64,000 nucleotides of DNA from Candidatus Hodarchaeota archaeon (GCA_029856365.1 JAHQWW010000004.1:1-64000), one strand, 5' to 3'; positions 39,482 to 49,566 are shown, numbered from the stretch's first letter. Numbers and translations are program-made. Notes: generated from the sequence alone by a model not told the origin.

Positions 39482-41425
39482 GTGGAACCACCAAGAATGG
39501 ACCTTACTATCCTTGCAGTCCGCTGGGATGATATTTCAGGTCCATCTATAATTTCTTTGTTTCCGCATGCTGCGTTAAACGACCCTGAATCTGTCGCCTT
39601 GCAAATTTATCTTGCATCTGTGACAGTTTTTGGGCAACATGGTCATTCACAACGAACAGAATTCTCTGTTCCTTTATTAAGCTTAGGTAAAGGTATCTCG
39701 GCCCGTGTTGCTTTTGATTCATGGCCAGATACTAGTTTACGAGGAAAAGAACGTCCATTTTTTTTAGCATTTTTGACAGATCAATCCACAGACGAAATCT
39801 TAAGCTCTCATCTGAATAACTTCATTTTTGAATATCTAGATATCCTGAAAGAGGAGATCGCTGATTTCTCTGCTCAAAAGATCTGGGATAAAATAGCTGA
39901 ATCACTTCATGCTTTAGAGACAGAAGATAAATTCGACGCCATTTCCTTTGAGGTTAATTCGGATTATGCCATTCCTCGAGCTCTACAAGATCTTGAAACC
40001 GCTAAAGAAGCTTGGGAAAATCTCAAGGACAGAAATCAATTATGGACAGCTTTACGTGTTGCAAACAGGTTAGAAAACGTTGATGATAAAGCAGCAGGAT
40101 TTGCTTTCTCTCTAGTCGGCAAGATTTTTTTGACTGGAAACAGTTATCGAGAGGCAGGAGAATCTTATGAAAAAGCCATAAACTGCTACTCTCGCATTCG
40201 ATTGTTTGAGAAAGCTGGTGAAGCTTCATATTTTGCAGGTAAGTGCGCTTATCATTTACAAGAATATGAGAAAGCAATTGAACTTATTCAGGCTGCAACC
40301 CTTTGGATAAAAGATCCCTCCTTAATCGCATCACTCAATTATGATATGGGTATTGTACTCCATGAACAGTCGCGCTATGAAGAATCAAATGTATGCTTTG
40401 AGAAAGCAGTTAGGTTAACATCGGATAAACAGACTGCAGCTGAATATTCATCAACTTTTGCAAGTAAATTAATGCTTCAAGCTGAAAAAGAAAAAGAAGA
40501 AAATCCTACTTATGCGTTTGGATTAATTCGGAGATCAGCTGAACAACGAGAAGAAGCCTCTCGTTTATTACAGTTAACAGAGGAAAACTCTAAAAAAGCA
40601 GCAACATCATTGATCTTGGCAGCGAGCGCTTACTTCTCACTAGGAAATAAAAAAAAAGGAGGGAATCTTTTAGAGGATGCAACAAATCTTTTTATTGAAG
40701 CTGGAGATTATATTTCCGCAGGTAAGTCATTATATGATGGTGCTCGAATGATCAGGGATAGAGAAAGGTCTTATGAGTTACTTTCCCGTGCATTATCTTT
40801 GTTAAGAGAACGAGAGATCACGATTAAAGAAAACAGACTTTTAGGCCTGATTTCATTTGAAAAGGGTAAAATTGAGGAGAAAAAAAACAAGTGTTCTCCT
40901 GCCCTAGAGTCATTTAATTATGCTCTTCAGTGTCTTTCTAGATCAAGTACTCCCATTTCTGATCTTATTCCTGTTCAAATTCAGTATGCCAACGCTCTTT
41001 TTCGAATGGAAGATTTCGAAAAAGCTGCAGAGCTATTTCTTGCTGGAACTAAAGGATTGTCAACACTTCCTTCTACAGAAATTGTCGTGGACCAAAAGAA
41101 AAAAGCATTAATGAATGCATTAATTAGTTTACGTCGAGCAAGTACTGCGTATCATAACGCTGCTATCATTATTCTGAAGGAAAAGGACGAAAACCGTGCG
41201 ATGTCGATGTTCGCTCATTCTGTTTCACTATTGTTAGAGTGGGTCGAAAATAATCCAAAAAGTAATCAAGATGAAGTTAAAAAGGTGGTAACAACCCGTG
41301 TTTCACGTTTATCGTTAAAAAAGGATCTTCTATTGCTAGCTGAGTCCAAATTCAAGTTAGATTCTATGATTGAAAGCCTAAATATGACCCATCAATCACT
41401 TGGAACTACTGATAATAATGAATAA
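39482..41425 (+). CDS. Longin/uDENN-like domain fused to alpha-SNAP/TPR-like solenoid
   Basis: ILAVRWDDISGPSIISLFP; LRGKERPFFLAFL; EAGESYEKAINCY…AGEASYFAGKC. Confidence 0.72.
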   Translation: MEPPRMDLTILAVRWDDISGPSIISLFPHAALNDPESVALQIYLASVTVFGQHGHSQRTEFSVPLLSLGKGISARVAFDSWPDTSLRGKERPFFLAFLTDQSTDEILSSHLNNFIFEYLDILKEEIADFSAQKIWDKIAESLHALETEDKFDAISFEVNSDYAIPRALQDLETAKEAWENLKDRNQLWTALRVANRLENVDDKAAGFAFSLVGKIFLTGNSYREAGESYEKAINCYSRIRLFEKAGEASYFAGKCAYHLQEYEKAIELIQAATLWIKDPSLIASLNYDMGIVLHEQSRYEESNVCFEKAVRLTSDKQTAAEYSSTFASKLMLQAEKEKEENPTYAFGLIRRSAEQREEASRLLQLTEENSKKAATSLILAASAYFSLGNKKKGGNLLEDATNLFIEAGDYISAGKSLYDGARMIRDRERSYELLSRALSLLREREITIKENRLLGLISFEKGKIEEKKNKCSPALESFNYALQCLSRSSTPISDLIPVQIQYANALFRMEDFEKAAELFLAGTKGLSTLPSTEIVVDQKKKALMNALISLRRASTAYHNAAIIILKEKDENRAMSMFAHSVSLLLEWVENNPKSNQDEVKKVVTTRVSRLSLKKDLLLLAESKFKLDSMIESLNMTHQSLGTTDNNE

Positions 41426-41477
41426 TTCTATAATATTTTTTAGTCTGGAGGATATCCATTTTTCTTCTTTAAGCCGT

Positions 41478-43682
41478 TTAAACTAGCTTTGGCTTCAGAT
41501 GATTTTCAATTTTATCCTTCTTTTTCTGTAATTTCTCTTTTCTTGCTTTTAACCGATTAATTATCTCCGTATGCTTAGTTTCGGAAATCTCATTATTCAA
41601 AAATTTTTCATCAGTGAAATTAATGGATTCTTCAATACGAGTTAAGGCTTCTTCTATTTCTTGAAGTTGTGGATAACCTATTGGTATACCCTTGCTATTA
41701 AGATCTGATGGAAAGTGTACAGTAACTTTCTTTTCTTTTCTAATATATTTGTGTTTATGTTTACGTTTTGAATCATGACTTTCTATTCTCTTAATGCTCT
41801 TTAGGCCTTTTATAGCCTTTAGACCTTTCTCTCTCATAGGAGCATCACTCAATAATTCATCTTCCCCTACAATGAATCCCATCTTCTCTCCTTTCGAATC
41901 AGTCAATAATAATTGAGGATCTTCTTTAAAGAGAGCTTCTACTCGTTTAGTAAATAACTGATCGAAATTCTGTTTGTCCTGAATGATTTTTGCTTTCATT
42001 TCTTCTAAATTAATTGGATCCCCCTCCTGAATATCTATTCCAAAAACTCGGACTTTTTCTCCAAAAGGTGTCTCAATAACGGAAACAAAAGGAGTCTGTA
42101 CGAAAGAATAGTCGGTTGTTTCTAGGACTGTGACAAAACCTCCAAAAACTTGGAAATATTGGCCAACTCCTTTAACCTCGATAACTTTGACAAGACCTCC
42201 TAAAACATTGACCAATTCTAACATTTTAGATTCAAAAACATAGATTCCTGGTAACCTTACTAAAGAATAGTCTTCTGTTTCTGTTATCGAATACTTAGAT
42301 GGTGTAGTATCCAAAACTGATGAAAAAATCCCTTGTGGTCCGCGCCATGTTTTCAGATCATTCAATGCTTTTTTAGTTTTTTCAAAAATTTCTGTTGCAG
42401 CATCAATACCCGCGTTTTTTAACTCTGCTTCGGTCAGTTCACTCATTTCTTTGGGATTCAATTGGAGTTTTATTTTATCCCATTCTTCTGGCTTTAACCA
42501 AAGTGTGGTTGTTCCTTCAATTGCTTTTTTTGACGAAGTTTCTTGATCTTCTGTCTTTGTTTCCATTTCAGACTTACCCATAAGCACTAACGCAGTTCCT
42601 TTTTCGGTAACCGTTGGAACAGCGATAGCTCCCTTACTAGCCATCACCGATGTGTTTCCCTTACTCACAAGCTTCATCTGATCAGTTGGAATTGTATATA
42701 CTCGTTCTGTTTTCTTGAACTCAGTTTTTTGTATAGTTTGCGCAAAATTCTGAACTCGATTACCAAGCTGACTAGAAGGATCAATAACTTGAACTTGACC
42801 AGAAACAGCATTCATGAGAGATCCAAACCGACTATCCCGTTTTTTTGGTGTAAAAATCAAGATAAATCCTATTAATAAGCTCAGGAATGCAATAAATTGA
42901 AACTGTTCAACATAAAATGAATTAACCCACTGTAATAAAAGTATGATTAACAGAAAGAAACCCCCAGCTAGTAAAGCATCACGAAATCTTTCCGTTGATG
43001 ATTTTAATGCTTGGTACTGATTGAATAGGTCAGTTGTACTCAAAGTTAATTGTTTGGGAGCTACTGGAAACAGATTACCGATTAAAAACATAAAGAATGT
43101 AATCAAAAGCAAAAAATCGAAATCGATTGGGAGTATTGGAATAGGATGGTAAAGATTAATCCCCTGACAAATGTAAAAAAATAGGCTTGCTAACCAACAA
43201 CCTTGAAGAATCCTTTGAATATAAAATAAATAACCCATTTTAAGAATTTTAAAGGAAAAGCTGTTCAGTAAAATAGTAAAAGGAATGAGAATACACACGA
43301 GAGCTCGCTCGAGCTCTCCATAAGATATTATTATAGCTGAATCCCATATATCTGGGATCATACTATTTGGGGTAGAAATTAAGATGAGAAGATAGAAGAT
43401 AAAGATCTTAACAGCACGATTCATTGGAGAAGCTGCTGATTTATCCTCTCCTATGAGATATATATACAATGGGGTGAATAAAAAAAGAGCTATTAGACCA
43501 GTGAATATTGTGGCACGAAATAGTCCAGTTTGTGGGAACAAAAACGCTGATATCCACCAAAAAACCAGTAACAATAGGAATACTAAATCAAGAAATGTCC
43601 TCGGTTTGAAAAATTGTTCTGTTTGGTCTAGTGCAAAACCTTCTAATGACCTGTATTTTGGCAATTGAAAATGTTCTGTCAA
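41478..43682 (-). CDS. Polytopic membrane protein with large soluble beta-rich domain and C-terminal coiled coil
   Basis: About 8 hydrophobic segments in the first ~280 aa; beta-hairpin repeats; basic/coiled-coil tail. Confidence 0.8.
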   Translation of the reverse strand: MTEHFQLPKYRSLEGFALDQTEQFFKPRTFLDLVFLLLLVFWWISAFLFPQTGLFRATIFTGLIALFLFTPLYIYLIGEDKSAASPMNRAVKIFIFYLLILISTPNSMIPDIWDSAIIISYGELERALVCILIPFTILLNSFSFKILKMGYLFYIQRILQGCWLASLFFYICQGINLYHPIPILPIDFDFLLLITFFMFLIGNLFPVAPKQLTLSTTDLFNQYQALKSSTERFRDALLAGGFFLLIILLLQWVNSFYVEQFQFIAFLSLLIGFILIFTPKKRDSRFGSLMNAVSGQVQVIDPSSQLGNRVQNFAQTIQKTEFKKTERVYTIPTDQMKLVSKGNTSVMASKGAIAVPTVTEKGTALVLMGKSEMETKTEDQETSSKKAIEGTTTLWLKPEEWDKIKLQLNPKEMSELTEAELKNAGIDAATEIFEKTKKALNDLKTWRGPQGIFSSVLDTTPSKYSITETEDYSLVRLPGIYVFESKMLELVNVLGGLVKVIEVKGVGQYFQVFGGFVTVLETTDYSFVQTPFVSVIETPFGEKVRVFGIDIQEGDPINLEEMKAKIIQDKQNFDQLFTKRVEALFKEDPQLLLTDSKGEKMGFIVGEDELLSDAPMREKGLKAIKGLKSIKRIESHDSKRKHKHKYIRKEKKVTVHFPSDLNSKGIPIGYPQLQEIEEALTRIEESINFTDEKFLNNEISETKHTEIINRLKARKEKLQKKKDKIENHLKPKLV

Positions 43683-43878
43683 GTAAAAATCAACCTCTGT
43701 ATAAAGTTGGTCTTTAAAAGCAATGAGGGATTATTTTGTAAAAATTTTTGTTATGATGTTTTTACATTTTTATGTATGAATTTTACCTATAAAGTTTAAA
43801 AACCCTAGTTTTGCGGTAACGAAAATAAATGAAATGAATAAAAAGAAAAAGTCTAACTACATGTTTCCAAGTGAGTTA

Positions 43879-46800
43879 TTATTTAATAAGACGTCCTCCA
43901 CAAAATGTACACCCCTCGTTTGTAATTTCCAACGGATTAACTAAAGCTCCACATTCTGAACATACCATAAGCTCTTCTCTCGGTGTATCTAGTTCTAATT
44001 CATCATTTCCATTCGCAAAAATTTCATTTGTTTCCAACTCATGAATCTCTTCTGAAGAAATTAGTGGTACTTTTTCTAGTACTCCTTGAGTTGTTGACTT
44101 TGATACTGATTTAGAGGGTGTATGAGACACTTTGGTTTTAGCATCATTCTTAAAGCTAGCTTTTTTCTTATCACTTGTTTTATTAACCAAAATAACAGGT
44201 TTTGGTTCATCTGTTTGCTTTTCATTCTGAAAAAGACTAACTAAGCCCTGAGATCTTAATTTTTTTTGCTTAGAGGATTTGATACTAATAGTATGCTTTT
44301 TAGTTTTCGTTTTAAGTCTTTTAGTCCTTCGTTTTTTCTTAACACTCTTTTTTTGTTCTTCCAAGAAGTGATATTGTACTTCCTGAGGCTGCGCTGTTTC
44401 TATTTCATTTAAGTCTAGTATCCTTTGTTGTAGTGGCGTTAGTTGCTGAGCTTCCCTTGGATATCGAATCATCCGATCGTAAATTCGTCCAGGCCCAAAA
44501 ACATCTTCAATATATTGATTAACATCTATTAATTTCTGCAAATCATCTTTTGTACTGAGTTCACCTAGCATAAAACTAAGAGTAGCTATAGCGTGTTTCA
44601 CCAAGACTCTTTTTATCGTTTTAAAGTCAAAATCAAAAAGTTGTCGTGGTATAACATGGTTCCCTTTGATATTCAACATCTGAATCCGTGTGCCAGGATC
44701 TACAGAAAATCCTAGATCTTTTAGAATATATGCAGCAGAGACTTGGGGTAATTTTGATTTATATGCTCTCAATGGTTTGTTGATCGCTTTTGGTTTGACA
44801 AAGTAACTGGGATCCATCTGGCCCTCGGTCATCTCAGTTCGAATCAGATTTCCCTCTCTATCGGCATTTTCATATAGCTGATCAAGTGTAATAGGATTGT
44901 CTGGGTTGTACTGATCCAAATAAGTGTTAATAATTCTCTCTTGAAAGTATTTCTGTAGTTGTGAAAAATCCGCTCGTTTTGATTCTAAACCCGTTAGTTC
45001 CTCTTCTATCCACACACGATTTTTCTGATTAAAACTATACACAATATATTTCTTCTTTCCCATTACAAATTGAAAGTCATAAGGCCCATCCTGTTCAAAT
45101 TGAATAAGGCTTTTACTTGATCGTGTAATTGTTTCTCCGTTATTTATCCAATAATTATCATTCTTTGAAACTGTTGCCACTTTTTCATTGAGAATTTTAT
45201 CAATAAGACTGACATTGAAGACTTTAGATCCATTTTCTTCATGAGGATTCTCAATTGTGACAGAAAAGTCCAAGGGGAATAATTTGGGAACCCACAACCA
45301 TATACCGTCAGTATTATGGCAAACAATGCCACCATTTGCAGATACAAAATTATTATTATCTTCTACAGATAGATCATAAACATAGTCAGTAGTCTTTTTT
45401 ATTTTGGTTATTCCTTTCTTCTTTAATCCAATAATTTCATTTAACTTTACATTCTCATAATGTAGTTTACTTCCCTGTTTCCAATTTTCTATATCCATAA
45501 AATTGACCATATACACAATATTTCCAGATGAACTTGAGGTTGTTTCTTGAATACTTACAATATAGCCTAATTCCTTACCTAATACGTACAAATCATCTCG
45601 CAATCCATCACTTGAAGTCCAGAATACCATTCGTTTTCCTTGTTTACTACCATCACCTTTGAAATATCCCGTTAAAAAGGCTTTTTTCACATTTGAACTC
45701 GAATTTAGAATCAACTTGGGAATTCTCTTTTCAAACGCATCTTTTCCACAACCCAATGCCTCAAATAGATGATAAAAGAAGAGGTTATCCATCGCTAATC
45801 TGTATGTTTCAGTTTTAGAATCAGAAAGAGCTGGACTTATTTTAAAATATGATGATAAATTATCTGCAACCATCTCTATTAATTTCTTAATTCGGTTTAG
45901 ATTATCCATATTTTGTTGAGAGATGCCTACACTTATCTTATCGTTATAAATTCCTGATGTACCCTCAGCTACATACCAACCACAAAGTTCAGCGATATTT
46001 TCATCTAGATGAATTTGTATTGGATATTTGTAGCTTCTCAATGTACCAATAAGTGCTTCTTCTGCATATTCATCTTTGAACTCATTCAATGGAATCCTAT
46101 AATAGTTTTTTCTTCTAGTTTTGTCATTTTTATCATATCTAAGACTAGATATTGGATATTTATTCCATTTCTCATTGGTATCTTCAGGTATGAACACATA
46201 TAAATCAATTTCAGTAATCTTGTGTTGGTTGAAATTAATCATTAATTTATTCTTTTTAACAGCAGGAAATCTAGCAATATGAGCAATAAATTCTTCTTCA
46301 AGTTTTTTTACTTCCATCGGTTCAAATAAGTTTTTATTTATATGAAAAATACTATGTGAATCAGTTGTAACAATGCTTCCAAAAGGAGTTTTAATCTTAT
46401 AAACATCTTTCGATGAAATTTGTCTAATACATTTGATAATCGGTTTCCATTCAACTTTACCTATTTTTGAAACTGAAAGGACGGCCCAATCTTCAGGTAC
46501 AATGATATAATCTACTAATCGTGAATTATCTGTTGTTTCAACTCCTTTAATAGACAAACAATAATCATAAAACTCACCAATTGACAAAACTTGAATTAAA
46601 CCATCAGGATCTTGAAAAATTAACCTTTCATTATAATCAAGGCTATCCAATTCTGTGACTAAGCCTATTTGCTCTAGTTGATTCGCAGCCCAAAATATCA
46701 AATTGGCTGATAATTTTGTTGTAATCCCAGCACACGGCATACTTGCATTCCTAACACCTCCTTTCATACCAAGGAGCCCATAAATACTGTTTAAAGGAAC

Positions 46801-49566
46801 TTTCATACCAATCTGGGTACTTTCGTGAAATTTTTGCTGGCGTAGTAATTTAGGAGGAACGGGTCCGTTTTGGTATTTCTGGGAAATAATTTGCGAAAGC
46901 CGTTTGGCTTCGATTTTATGGCGAACTCGGGTGTTAAAGAAGTCATCCATAATTCTAGCAACGAAGTTATAGGCTTTTTGGCAGACACGTGAGTAAACCG
47001 ACAATAATATTGTTATTTTCTTAGTTTTAACATCTAGACTCAAAAATGAATTTGTTGGGAGTTGAATATTCTCTGGTACATCCTCAAAAATATCAAAATG
47101 ATTCTGGTCTAGCTTAGTTGTGAGCTGTGTTGCTTCAATTGAGTTACGAAGCCATTGCTGAAGGGCAACATATGGATCTTTTGAGATATCAGATCCTAGA
47201 TATGTACGACTAACTGGTACTTTTTCTAATTCTGATCCGTTTTTAAGAATATAAGCTTCCGTCTCCTTTCCATCAAATGTGAATATTTCACGAGAGCGAA
47301 TGATACCGTTTTGAGTAGGTTCGTACCTCTTACATTTCGCTTCATTTTCTGCTTTACAAACCGAAGATGCACATTTATCAGGCCCCGTATCTTTGAAACG
47401 ACATGGCCGATTTGCTGAAAGTTTGATTACCCAATCACCCTCATAGAAACAACTATCATCAGGTTCATACAATTCGCACATTCTACACTTAGTTGGAGAG
47501 ATTATTCCCGATGGTTGGAGCTTATATTGACGAATTTGGGAAGGATACATAGAAGTAACGTCAACGTGGACACCCCTGAGTTGAGTTGTTCCATCCAAAG
47601 AAGATAATTTATCTATCTGCGTTAAAACATCTGTAGTAACTCTTTTAACATTAACAGGTTTATATGCAGATATTTTCTCCAAGATAATCCGGATAGAATC
47701 TAGTTGTCGTTTAAGTTCGTGACGTGGAATTCCATTTTTTAAGAGTTCTACCTCTACCTGTTTCAAGAACTGTACTGGATCTTCAGAGAATTCCACTTTC
47801 ACTTCCCCCAATTCAACTAAAAGATGTTTTTCAAATTCTTCTTTAATTACTTTCTTCGCAATTATATTACTTTCTTTTGCAATTACTTGTCTAATAATTT
47901 TTTTGAGGTTTTTTAACGCGTTCTTATTAACTTGATAATCGTAATAGAGATCACTTCGCCATATACCTGGCCTTTTAGCCTCAACCAATCCCCCTGTGTA
48001 AGCTAACGATTCGATGACAATACTAGGTGAAAAAGAAGTAATTCCATTCTTTCCAATCCTCTTTCTCCCTATTATCTGATGTTTATGATCTTCTGCATCG
48101 ATTAAAAGGTCATCTAACGATCCTGCTCGTCGTGTTAAAAGCTCTGACGCTGGAACTGGAAATATTTGACCCATAGAAATGAAAAAGTCAAGGACTATTT
48201 CCCGAACATACTTCCATGTGATGTAACCATCACAACCAGCATAAGCAACAGCTGAAACTGGATCTTTTTTAATGTTAAACAGAGCTTCTCTTCCAATAGG
48301 TATTATTTTCAGCTTTTTCTCCACACTCGGTTTCAAGCCAAGATCTTTTTTAGGAAGATAGCTATATTTCTCATTAAATAGATAAGCATCTAAATGAATA
48401 ACCCCGGCCCCTGACACATGATCAATGTTTGCTGAAGAATAATACCTGTGTAAATCTTTTCGACTCAGGTTCCTTGTCAGACGAAAGTTAATTTCAAAGC
48501 CAGTTTCTTTTTCAAAAGAGATTTTGTACTTTTCCGAACGAATGGCAAGAAAAGGAATATCAAAACGGCCCCCAAAGAAATCTGTAATGACATCTGGGTT
48601 ATAATCATTAATATACTTATAGAATAATTGTATTAGTTCCTTCTCAGTCTTTACAATGATAACTTCTATCGAGAACTTCTCGATTACATCTGGGAATTCC
48701 TGTGGTGCATCTGAATATTTCCAATCGACCCACGGTTTAGGATGGGTATCATCATCCTTTTGACGAAGGAGCATATCAAAATTTTTGACATTTTTTGTCT
48801 CGATAACTCTTGAATTAATAATTAATTTGTTTTCACTGCCAGTAAACAGTGAAATCATTGAAATCTCGTCTTTATTAGGATTAGGATCACGTGTTTGTTC
48901 AAAATCTGTTTCAATATCAAATGCTAGAATTTTTAATTGAGGAGGTGTTTTATCAGGTAATGGAGACAGATTAAGAATTTCTCCTCGGCTTATTTCAGCC
49001 AGGTACCAAGCTCCAACTCGAACATCATGATCTATTGCGCAACGATGATGAAACAGTACATCTGCTTCCCTCCATTCCTGTACTCCACTTATTTCTTCAC
49101 TTTTTGCCCGTAGATTTGGTACAGATCCTGGACGATCTGCAGTTACTTTAATAAATGGTTTTCTAAATAAAAATGTAAGATCGGCTGCGTCATAATAATC
49201 ACCCTTCTCTACTTTAATTACCTGTTTGTCTCCAATTTCTTTAATCTGCCCCATTATTCTATTGATTTCATTCTGTGATAAACTATCCTCAAGTAATAGG
49301 AAATAATATGGTTCATGTCTTAAAAATGCTTTACGCTTCTTATGGTCTTCATCTAAGAAATAGATTTGGATTCCATTTATTAATTTCGCTTTGCTATACT
49401 CTGTATCTTCGTATTGAGATACAGAATCATATGTATCCTCCCATTGACTATGAGTTTCATAATCTAATATGAAAATAGGTATCTTTTCTCGCTCATTATA
49501 ACGAAATGGTTGAAACCAAGATCGGTAACCTGGATGAAAAGTCTTTGTCCGTCTTGGTTTTGACAT
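43879..49566 (-). CDS. polB: Family B DNA polymerase, Pol epsilon-like, intein-containing
   Basis: ExoI AFDIET, ExoII FDIPF, YTGG, DVTSMYPS, KVPLNSIYG, ELD|TDG split by the intein; Cys motif; C-terminal CSECG…CTFCG. Confidence 0.95.
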   Translation of the reverse strand: MSKPRRTKTFHPGYRSWFQPFRYNEREKIPIFILDYETHSQWEDTYDSVSQYEDTEYSKAKLINGIQIYFLDEDHKKRKAFLRHEPYYFLLLEDSLSQNEINRIMGQIKEIGDKQVIKVEKGDYYDAADLTFLFRKPFIKVTADRPGSVPNLRAKSEEISGVQEWREADVLFHHRCAIDHDVRVGAWYLAEISRGEILNLSPLPDKTPPQLKILAFDIETDFEQTRDPNPNKDEISMISLFTGSENKLIINSRVIETKNVKNFDMLLRQKDDDTHPKPWVDWKYSDAPQEFPDVIEKFSIEVIIVKTEKELIQLFYKYINDYNPDVITDFFGGRFDIPFLAIRSEKYKISFEKETGFEINFRLTRNLSRKDLHRYYSSANIDHVSGAGVIHLDAYLFNEKYSYLPKKDLGLKPSVEKKLKIIPIGREALFNIKKDPVSAVAYAGCDGYITWKYVREIVLDFFISMGQIFPVPASELLTRRAGSLDDLLIDAEDHKHQIIGRKRIGKNGITSFSPSIVIESLAYTGGLVEAKRPGIWRSDLYYDYQVNKNALKNLKKIIRQVIAKESNIIAKKVIKEEFEKHLLVELGEVKVEFSEDPVQFLKQVEVELLKNGIPRHELKRQLDSIRIILEKISAYKPVNVKRVTTDVLTQIDKLSSLDGTTQLRGVHVDVTSMYPSQIRQYKLQPSGIISPTKCRMCELYEPDDSCFYEGDWVIKLSANRPCRFKDTGPDKCASSVCKAENEAKCKRYEPTQNGIIRSREIFTFDGKETEAYILKNGSELEKVPVSRTYLGSDISKDPYVALQQWLRNSIEATQLTTKLDQNHFDIFEDVPENIQLPTNSFLSLDVKTKKITILLSVYSRVCQKAYNFVARIMDDFFNTRVRHKIEAKRLSQIISQKYQNGPVPPKLLRQQKFHESTQIGMKVPLNSIYGLLGMKGGVRNASMPCAGITTKLSANLIFWAANQLEQIGLVTELDSLDYNERLIFQDPDGLIQVLSIGEFYDYCLSIKGVETTDNSRLVDYIIVPEDWAVLSVSKIGKVEWKPIIKCIRQISSKDVYKIKTPFGSIVTTDSHSIFHINKNLFEPMEVKKLEEEFIAHIARFPAVKKNKLMINFNQHKITEIDLYVFIPEDTNEKWNKYPISSLRYDKNDKTRRKNYYRIPLNEFKDEYAEEALIGTLRSYKYPIQIHLDENIAELCGWYVAEGTSGIYNDKISVGISQQNMDNLNRIKKLIEMVADNLSSYFKISPALSDSKTETYRLAMDNLFFYHLFEALGCGKDAFEKRIPKLILNSSSNVKKAFLTGYFKGDGSKQGKRMVFWTSSDGLRDDLYVLGKELGYIVSIQETTSSSSGNIVYMVNFMDIENWKQGSKLHYENVKLNEIIGLKKKGITKIKKTTDYVYDLSVEDNNNFVSANGGIVCHNTDGIWLWVPKLFPLDFSVTIENPHEENGSKVFNVSLIDKILNEKVATVSKNDNYWINNGETITRSSKSLIQFEQDGPYDFQFVMGKKKYIVYSFNQKNRVWIEEELTGLESKRADFSQLQKYFQERIINTYLDQYNPDNPITLDQLYENADREGNLIRTEMTEGQMDPSYFVKPKAINKPLRAYKSKLPQVSAAYILKDLGFSVDPGTRIQMLNIKGNHVIPRQLFDFDFKTIKRVLVKHAIATLSFMLGELSTKDDLQKLIDVNQYIEDVFGPGRIYDRMIRYPREAQQLTPLQQRILDLNEIETAQPQEVQYHFLEEQKKSVKKKRRTKRLKTKTKKHTISIKSSKQKKLRSQGLVSLFQNEKQTDEPKPVILVNKTSDKKKASFKNDAKTKVSHTPSKSVSKSTTQGVLEKVPLISSEEIHELETNEIFANGNDELELDTPREELMVCSECGALVNPLEITNEGCTFCGGRLIK
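45313..46644 (-). mobile_element. Intein (444 aa) with LAGLIDADG homing endonuclease in polymerase motif C
   Basis: Starts SLDYNE, block B TTDSHSIF, LCGWYVAEG and FLTGYFKGDG, ends YVYDLSVEDNNNFVSANGGIVCHN with +1 Thr. Confidence 0.95.
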
